Assembly (NCBI GenBank): GCA_019358915.1
Contig: JAHHIM010000029.1
Span: forward strand, 1 to 56,892
Reading direction: 5' to 3'
DNA from: Trichormus sp. ATA11-4-KO1
GTDB lineage: Bacteria > Cyanobacteriota > Cyanobacteriia > Cyanobacteriales > Nostocaceae
DNA: 56,892 nucleotides
The translations under genes and the position numbers were made by a program. This document shows positions 51,382 to 56,892 of the stretch, in pieces; the first letter of the stretch is position 1, and every line of letters begins with the position of its first letter. The notes beneath the pieces were generated by a model. That model did no database searches. It was given only the letters and a program-made list of their open reading frames with translations, and was not told the DNA's origin.

Positions 51382-51903
51382 CTACTCCTTATGGATAACT
51401 ACTTGTGTCCCTAATGATGCCCAATCAAATAACCATTTAGCATGATTAGGGGCAACATTAACACAGCCGTGGCTGACTGGTGTGCCAAATTTTCGATGCC
51501 AGTAAGCTCCATGAATACCATAGTTGCCTTGATAAAACATCGCATGGGGAACGTTGGGTACATCATAATTCCTGCCCCGCATCCGGGTAGATTTATGCTT
51601 GGATTGAATTTTAAAAGTACCAACACGAGTAGGGGTAGATTGTTTACCGGAGGAAATCACGATCGCATATACAGGTTTTCCGCCTTCCCAAGCTATTAAG
51701 CGTTGGTTGGAAAGATTAATTTGAATCCAACGTTGATCGGATTGTTGTAGTGTCTGGATGGTTTGTTTAATTGTTTGGTTGTTTGCCCAAGCTGCGCTCG
51801 CACCAGTACTCATTACACTCAAGGACAGTGCTGTACCAGCCAGCAATATCTTGACGTGACGCATCCAGTCAGAATTAATCAGGCTTTTCATAGATACACA
51901 CAA
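51382..51903 (-). CDS. L,D-transpeptidase (YkuD family), tandem paralog
   Basis: IQINLSNQRL, TPTRVG, IHGAYW, SHGCVN. Confidence 0.9.
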   Translation of the reverse strand: MCVSMKSLINSDWMRHVKILLAGTALSLSVMSTGASAAWANNQTIKQTIQTLQQSDQRWIQINLSNQRLIAWEGGKPVYAIVISSGKQSTPTRVGTFKIQSKHKSTRMRGRNYDVPNVPHAMFYQGNYGIHGAYWHRKFGTPVSHGCVNVAPNHAKWLFDWASLGTQVVIHKE

Positions 51904-51945
51904 ATGATGAATTTAGAGAAATTTCCTTAGTTGTATGTATACTTT

Positions 51946-52617
51946 TTAGCCTATTACTCTACTAAGTGTCGGGTTTATTTCATCTATTGTCAAAGTCTGA
52001 ATTAGTTTCCTTGCCTGCCATGCGATCGCCTGCCAATTTCCTTCTGTAACAAACCTTTGGGGAAATAATTGACCACTCAAACCCACGGCGATCGCTCCGG
52101 ATTGAATGAATTGGTGGGCATTTTCTAAGGTGACTCCCCCAGTAGGAATTAAGGGAATCTCACTTAGTGGCCCTTGTAAACTTTTAATATAGTTAGCTCC
52201 GCCTACAGCTTGCACAGGAAACACCTTCACACAGCTAGCACCCTGATGCCAAGCTGTCACAATTTCTGTGGGAGTCAACGCACCGGGGATAATCGGTACA
52301 TCTTTTGCTACTGCTGCTTGAATCATGGCAGAGTCAACATGGGGAGTGAAGAGGAACTGCGCGCCAGAAGCGATCGCATCTTGCAGTTGCTGCACATTGA
52401 ACAGTGTACCCGTGCCAATAATACAGCCTGGTAATTCTGCACGTAATTGAGTGATTAATTCTCCAGGGCGATCGCTATTCCAGGTAATTTCAATCAGCTG
52501 CATTCCCCCAGAAGCCACAGCCATTGCCATTTGTTGAGCCAACTTCATCTCTGAGGCGCGGATAACTGCGATCGCTCGGTGTTTTTGCAACTGTGATAAC
52601 CAAACTTGATTAGGCAT
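51946..52617 (-). CDS. eda: KDPG/KHG aldolase
   Basis: IAVIR, IEIT, GTGT, TPTE, VKVFP, PTGGV. Confidence 0.9.
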   Translation of the reverse strand: MPNQVWLSQLQKHRAIAVIRASEMKLAQQMAMAVASGGMQLIEITWNSDRPGELITQLRAELPGCIIGTGTLFNVQQLQDAIASGAQFLFTPHVDSAMIQAAVAKDVPIIPGALTPTEIVTAWHQGASCVKVFPVQAVGGANYIKSLQGPLSEIPLIPTGGVTLENAHQFIQSGAIAVGLSGQLFPQRFVTEGNWQAIAWQARKLIQTLTIDEINPTLSRVIG

Positions 52618-52793
52618 TTTAACTCGGACTTAAAACCAAAAAGCATTGAAATCTCTACTACAAGCGTGACACAGTAATAGCCATTTCCTTGCTTCTGGTA
52701 TCACGCGACCTCTTGGTTATTTATGTAAAGTAAACTTGACATTAGGACAAGCCTGCACTGAAAAATTGCTTAATTAGAACAAGGAGCATAATT

Positions 52794-53279
52794 TTGGCAG
52801 CAGATCAAAAGATACATCGCTATCAAGTTAAAATTTCATGGACTGGTAACAATGGTCATGGTACAGCCAACTACAGAGCTTACGAGCGATCGCATGAAAT
52901 TACTGTTGAAGGTAAACCATCAATTCCTGGCTCGTCTGACGTTAATTTTCGTGGAGATCAGACCAAATATAATCCAGAAGAATTGCTAGTTGCGTCCTTA
53001 GCAGCTTGTCACATGCTCTGGTATTTACATCTCTGTGCTGAGACATCAATTGTTGTAACCGAGTATTTAGATCAATCGGTGGGTATAATGTGGGAAACTG
53101 AGGATGGAAAAGGACGCTTTGCTGAGGTAGTACTCAAGCCAATTGTCACAGTAACACCTAGCAGTGATCAAACAAAGGCAGAACAATTGCACGAAAAAGC
53201 TCATTCTCTCTGTTTTATTGCTAACTCAGTAAATTTTCCTGTACGCTGTAAACCCTCCATTCAAATTGAACGAAGTTAG
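52794..53279 (+). CDS. OsmC family protein
   Basis: NPEELLVASLAACHMLWYL and AHSLCFIANSV; TTG start after AAGGAG. Confidence 0.9.
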   Translation: MAADQKIHRYQVKISWTGNNGHGTANYRAYERSHEITVEGKPSIPGSSDVNFRGDQTKYNPEELLVASLAACHMLWYLHLCAETSIVVTEYLDQSVGIMWETEDGKGRFAEVVLKPIVTVTPSSDQTKAEQLHEKAHSLCFIANSVNFPVRCKPSIQIERS

Positions 53280-53653
53280 AAGGAAGTCCCGATGAAACGA
53301 GTTTCACAGTCAAGGATGAAAGAGGGACTGGGGACTGGGGACTAGGGACTAAAAAATTAACCACTCAGCACTCAGCACTTTCAAGTCAGAGGGAAGACGG
53401 AAGAAGCATGATCCTCTGACTTCTCGCGACCAAAGGAAGTAAGGGTTGAATTCCCATCCAATATTCATGTTAATTAAAACTAGCTCTTCCTTCAGGGATA
53501 TAAATACACTGGGCATCATGCACCATTAGCCAGATGGAATCAGCGTTTGAGATTCTTAAGCTGAATTTAGTGAGAGCCGAAATTTAATAGGTATAAAACC
53601 GTATCGAGAGGTGATACGGAATTTAAAACTAGTGCATTACCTCTGAAATATTA

Positions 53654-55006
53654 ATGCCTATGGTAGATGCAACTATCACCAACATAGTCGATGCGGTGCG
53701 TGGGTATGCACACAGATTGACAGGTGCTGCTCAAGACTACGACCCGTTGATGAATTTAATCGGCAATACGCGTTTTGTCTTGATTGGTGAAGCCTCCCAC
53801 GGTACTCACGATTTTTACGAGCAACGGGCAGAGATTACGAAAAGGCTAATTCAAGAAAAGGGGTTTACAGCAGTAGCGGTTGAAGCGGATTGGCCTGATG
53901 CTTACCGTATTAATCGTTACGTGCGGGGTGTGAATGACGATCCAACACCTATGGAAGCATTATCAAATTTCCAACGCTTTCCCTTATGGATGTGGCGGAA
54001 CACAGAAGTCCTCAATTTTGTGGGCTGGTTACGGGAATATAATGATGCTCTACCCAAAAATGCCATAAAAACTGGTTTTTACGGGCTAGATCTTTATAGT
54101 ATGTATGCTTCCATAGAAGCAGTTGTCGGATACCTTGAGCAAGTTGACCCCGAAGCCGCCCAACGCGCCCGTTATCGCTATTCGTGCTTAGAGCATTTTG
54201 GGGAAGATGCCCAAAGCTATGGATATGCTACCAGTTTTGGTATTGCCAAATCCTGTGAGCAAGAGGTCATCAAGCAACTGCAAGATTTGCAACATCGGAC
54301 TACCGAATACGTTCAACAAGATGGGCTTGTCAAGGCTGATGAGTTATTCTATGCTCAACAGAATGCTCGACTAGTCAAGAATGCTGAAGAGTATTACCGC
54401 TCAATGTTTCAAGGACGAGTATCTTCCTGGAATATTCGCGATCGCCATATGGCAGACACCTTAGATCAGCTGGTTGCACATTTGGATCAACAAGGACAAC
54501 AAACCAAAGTTGTTGTCTGGGAACACAATTCCCATTTGGGAGATGCACGAGCCACTGATATGGGGTCAATGGGTGAAGTGAATGTTGGTCAATTAGTCAA
54601 AGAACGCTATGGCAATGATGCTGTAAATATCGGCTTTACCACCTATACGGGTACAGTCACCGCAGTCTCTAACTGGGGAGAAACGGCTAAACTCAAGCAA
54701 GTTCGCTCTGCCTTACCTGGAAGTTACGAAGCAATATTCCATCAGACGGAACGACCCCAATTTTTACTCAATCTCCGGGATGAAAATCAAGCCATCGTGG
54801 ATTTGCGGCAACCGCGACTAGAAAGGGCAATTGGTGTCATTTATCTACCGGAAACTGAGCGTGTCAGTCACTACTTCCATGCTTGTCTCCCCGAACAATT
54901 TGACGCGGTGATTCACATTGATGATACCAAGGGAGTGCAACCTCTAGACCGTGTTCCCACCTGGGAAATGCGGGAAATACCAGAGACTTTTCCCTTTGGT
55001 CTTTAA
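53654..55006 (+). CDS. Erythromycin esterase family protein
   Basis: IGEASHGTHDFY, VEADWPD, WMWRN, WEHNSHLGDARAT, LERAIGVIY. Confidence 0.92.
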   Translation: MPMVDATITNIVDAVRGYAHRLTGAAQDYDPLMNLIGNTRFVLIGEASHGTHDFYEQRAEITKRLIQEKGFTAVAVEADWPDAYRINRYVRGVNDDPTPMEALSNFQRFPLWMWRNTEVLNFVGWLREYNDALPKNAIKTGFYGLDLYSMYASIEAVVGYLEQVDPEAAQRARYRYSCLEHFGEDAQSYGYATSFGIAKSCEQEVIKQLQDLQHRTTEYVQQDGLVKADELFYAQQNARLVKNAEEYYRSMFQGRVSSWNIRDRHMADTLDQLVAHLDQQGQQTKVVVWEHNSHLGDARATDMGSMGEVNVGQLVKERYGNDAVNIGFTTYTGTVTAVSNWGETAKLKQVRSALPGSYEAIFHQTERPQFLLNLRDENQAIVDLRQPRLERAIGVIYLPETERVSHYFHACLPEQFDAVIHIDDTKGVQPLDRVPTWEMREIPETFPFGL

Positions 55007-55140
55007 CGCGGTGTGCAACTTTCTCTCAAACCTAACCCCCAACCCCTTCCCTACTAGGGAAGGGGAGCAAGATTAAAAGCCTCTCTCCGCTTCGGGGAGA
55101 GGTTTGGAGAGGGGTTCTAAGAATAAGTCGCACATCGCGT
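55006..55140. mobile_element. MITE-like element with nested hairpins
   Basis: IR acgcggtgtgcaactt / aagtcgcacatcgcgt (14/16); internal ccccttccctactagggaagggg and ctctctccgcttcggggagag. Confidence 0.7.
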
Positions 55141-55186
55141 GTCTTTAACAAAATATCTCCTTTAACGCCAGTAATGAACTCCAGCT

Positions 55187-55765
55187 ATGAGACAAAACCT
55201 TGACCCTATAAGAATGGGAACGCGTTTAGCCAGGAATTGGTGGACAGTTGCATTACGAGGAGCGATCGCGATCATCTTCGGGTTAGTCGCACTCTTCTGG
55301 CCAGAAATTACTCTGACAGCGTTGGTGTTTATCTTTGCTGCCTTTGTCTTAGTCAGTGGAGTTTTATTAGCGATCGCCGCATTTAAAGATGGTTTGAATC
55401 ATACCCACGCTTGGCTGATGTTGTTAGAAGGCGCGATCGGCATAACCATCGGCGTGCTAGCTTTTATCTGGCCTGGTATCACCGCATTAGTCTTACTTTA
55501 CCTAATCGCAGCTTGGGCGATCATCACTGGCGTTTTAGAGATCATTGCAGCTATTCAGGTACGCAAAGAAATTGAAAATGAGTGGCTGTTAGCATTAGCG
55601 GGTATTGTGTCGGTATTGTTCGGCGTACTACTGATTATCTGGCCTGTGGCTGGGGCTTTAGCAATTTTGTGGATTATTGCTGCCTACGCCATTATTTTTG
55701 GTGTCTTACTCTTGATTCTGGCTTTTCGCCTACGTACTTGGGGAAGTAATCGCAGAATCTTTTAA
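55187..55765 (+). CDS. HdeD/DUF308 family membrane protein
   Basis: NWW..LRG..AIIFG..A..WP, six TM segments. Confidence 0.9.
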   Translation: MRQNLDPIRMGTRLARNWWTVALRGAIAIIFGLVALFWPEITLTALVFIFAAFVLVSGVLLAIAAFKDGLNHTHAWLMLLEGAIGITIGVLAFIWPGITALVLLYLIAAWAIITGVLEIIAAIQVRKEIENEWLLALAGIVSVLFGVLLIIWPVAGALAILWIIAAYAIIFGVLLLILAFRLRTWGSNRRIF

Positions 55766-55805
55766 ATACCTAATCAATTAATCAGATTAATCGGAGGTAA
55801 ATATC

Positions 55806-56291
55806 ATGGTACTAAGTCGCTGGGAACCTTTTAGAGAAATAGAAACCATGCAACGGCAGATGAATCGTCTATTTGAGCAAATGATCACTCCAGGTGATGG
55901 TGGCGATATCATCAGCGATAGACTGACATTTGTACCAGCCGCAGAACTTGACGAAACCTCTGATCATGTCAAGCTGCGGATGGAAATTCCTGGTATCGAA
56001 CCCCAAGACTTAGATGTGAAAGTTTCCGCAGATGCAGTTTCTGTGAGTGGTGAGCGTAAATCTGAAATCAGGGAAGAAGAAAGAAGAGGTGTACGCCGTT
56101 CGGAATTTCGTTATGGCAGATTTCAAAGGGTAATACCCCTACCATCTCGCATTCAAAATGATAAAGTACAAGCTGACTTTAAAAATGGTGTTTTGTCTCT
56201 CACCATGCCTAAAGCCGAAGAAGAAAAAACCAGAGTTGTCACCGTTAACTTACCAGGACAAGGGCAACAGGGACAAATCTCCGGCGGTTAA
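55806..56291 (+). CDS. Small heat-shock protein (Hsp20/alpha-crystallin)
   Basis: RWEPFRE, EIPG, SEFRYGRFQRVIPLP, NGVL. Confidence 0.94.
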   Translation: MVLSRWEPFREIETMQRQMNRLFEQMITPGDGGDIISDRLTFVPAAELDETSDHVKLRMEIPGIEPQDLDVKVSADAVSVSGERKSEIREEERRGVRRSEFRYGRFQRVIPLPSRIQNDKVQADFKNGVLSLTMPKAEEEKTRVVTVNLPGQGQQGQISGG

Positions 56292-56446
56292 CATCTAACC
56301 TCCTAGACCTTCCTTTGCTTGTCAGCAACCTGATCTTTTTGTAATTTCGGTAAATGTAGAGATGTAGCATTGCTATATCTCTACAAGCCAATTTATGTGT
56401 AGTAGTGTGTCAAGAATCCCCGCGCTCAATTGCAGGAGGTAAAATT

Positions 56447-56770
56447 ATGACTGAGTTCAGTCTTTCCCAAGTTGTTGTTTCCCAAGAGGGAGAGCCGCTT
56501 TACACTTTTGAATATGCCGCAATGGTAACGGAGACATCAACTACTTTGGTAGAAAATTTTGCTCAGTTGGGATTAATTGAACCTGTAGGCGTGATGCTGC
56601 ACCAACGTGATATTGCGCGGATTGCTCAAATTCAACATCTGCGTCAAGATTTAGGATTGAATTTAGTCGGAGCTGCAATGGTTCTAGATATGGCCCAGGA
56701 AATTGCTCAGTTACGTGCCCAAAATCAAGCATACCAATCACTTCTGGACAGAGTATTCAAAGGTAACTAA
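56447..56770 (+). CDS. Chaperone modulator CbpM-like (MerR HTH_2) protein
   Basis: GLIEP...RIAQIQHLRQDLGLNLVGAAMVLD; GGAGG Shine-Dalgarno before ATG 56447. Confidence 0.8.
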   Translation: MTEFSLSQVVVSQEGEPLYTFEYAAMVTETSTTLVENFAQLGLIEPVGVMLHQRDIARIAQIQHLRQDLGLNLVGAAMVLDMAQEIAQLRAQNQAYQSLLDRVFKGN

Positions 56771-56892
56771 GAGGGTGTTTGAAAAGTCAGAAAGGTTGTA
56801 AAAAAGCTCTCTCAGTATAAGCTGTGAATGAATAGTAAACAGCACCGAGAGAGTGACATGAGTAAAGCTTACCCCAGCAATTTGACCCGTGA
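56771..56892 (+). mobile_element. Left end of an IS5-family (IS1031-like) element; transposase starts at 56858 and is cut by the window edge
   Basis: GAGGGTGTTTGAAAAGT after TAA; MSKAYPSNLTR has the YPS(N/D)L(T/S) N-terminal motif of IS5 transposases. Confidence 0.85.

Noticed and set aside
53654..55006. Macrolide resistance gene
   Set aside because: Belongs to the broad erythromycin-esterase family common in stress clusters; nothing in the sequence supports EreA/EreB activity.

Overview
Chromosomal segment of a heterocyst-forming cyanobacterium (Nostocaceae-like: abundant HIP1 GCGATCGC, STRR heptamer arrays, heterocyst glycolipid genes), cut at both ends inside IS elements. The left end is an IS4/IS50-like transposase tail that truncates a PRC-barrel gene; the right end is the start of an IS5/IS1031-like element. 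Main content: (i) an hgl PUFA-synthase-like PKS cluster (hglE with an in-frame hglF-like tail, hglG, fused hglD-hglC, hglA, hglB/hetM, and a hetN-position SDR without RGSGR) followed by a secreted multicopper oxidase; (ii) housekeeping and metabolic genes (ppgK, PRK-like kinase, PGM1-like ATP-grasp, pdxH, AI-2E, CPA2 antiporter, purT); (iii) a TPS/FHA-domain exoprotein preceded by a small Cys-pair peptide gene; (iv) the ado-aar-accA-SDR-folE / trpF / psaK-psaK / S2P block; (v) a stress cluster (OsmC, erythromycin-esterase family, HdeD, Hsp20, CbpM-like). The best novel candidate is a complete -1 ribosomal frameshift-like cassette (A10 run giving in-phase A_AAA_AAG, an 11-bp stem 8 nt downstream, and a -1 frame stop 5 codons later) at the ACP/KR boundary of hglE. 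Other notable items are 24-nt mobile repeats inserted in frame in hglE and hetM, an IS5-derived MITE matching the autonomous IS at the window end, a cbpM-like remnant linking the two window ends, an HTH-methyltransferase islet and a possible peptide precursor. All calls are by eye; no database searches were run.
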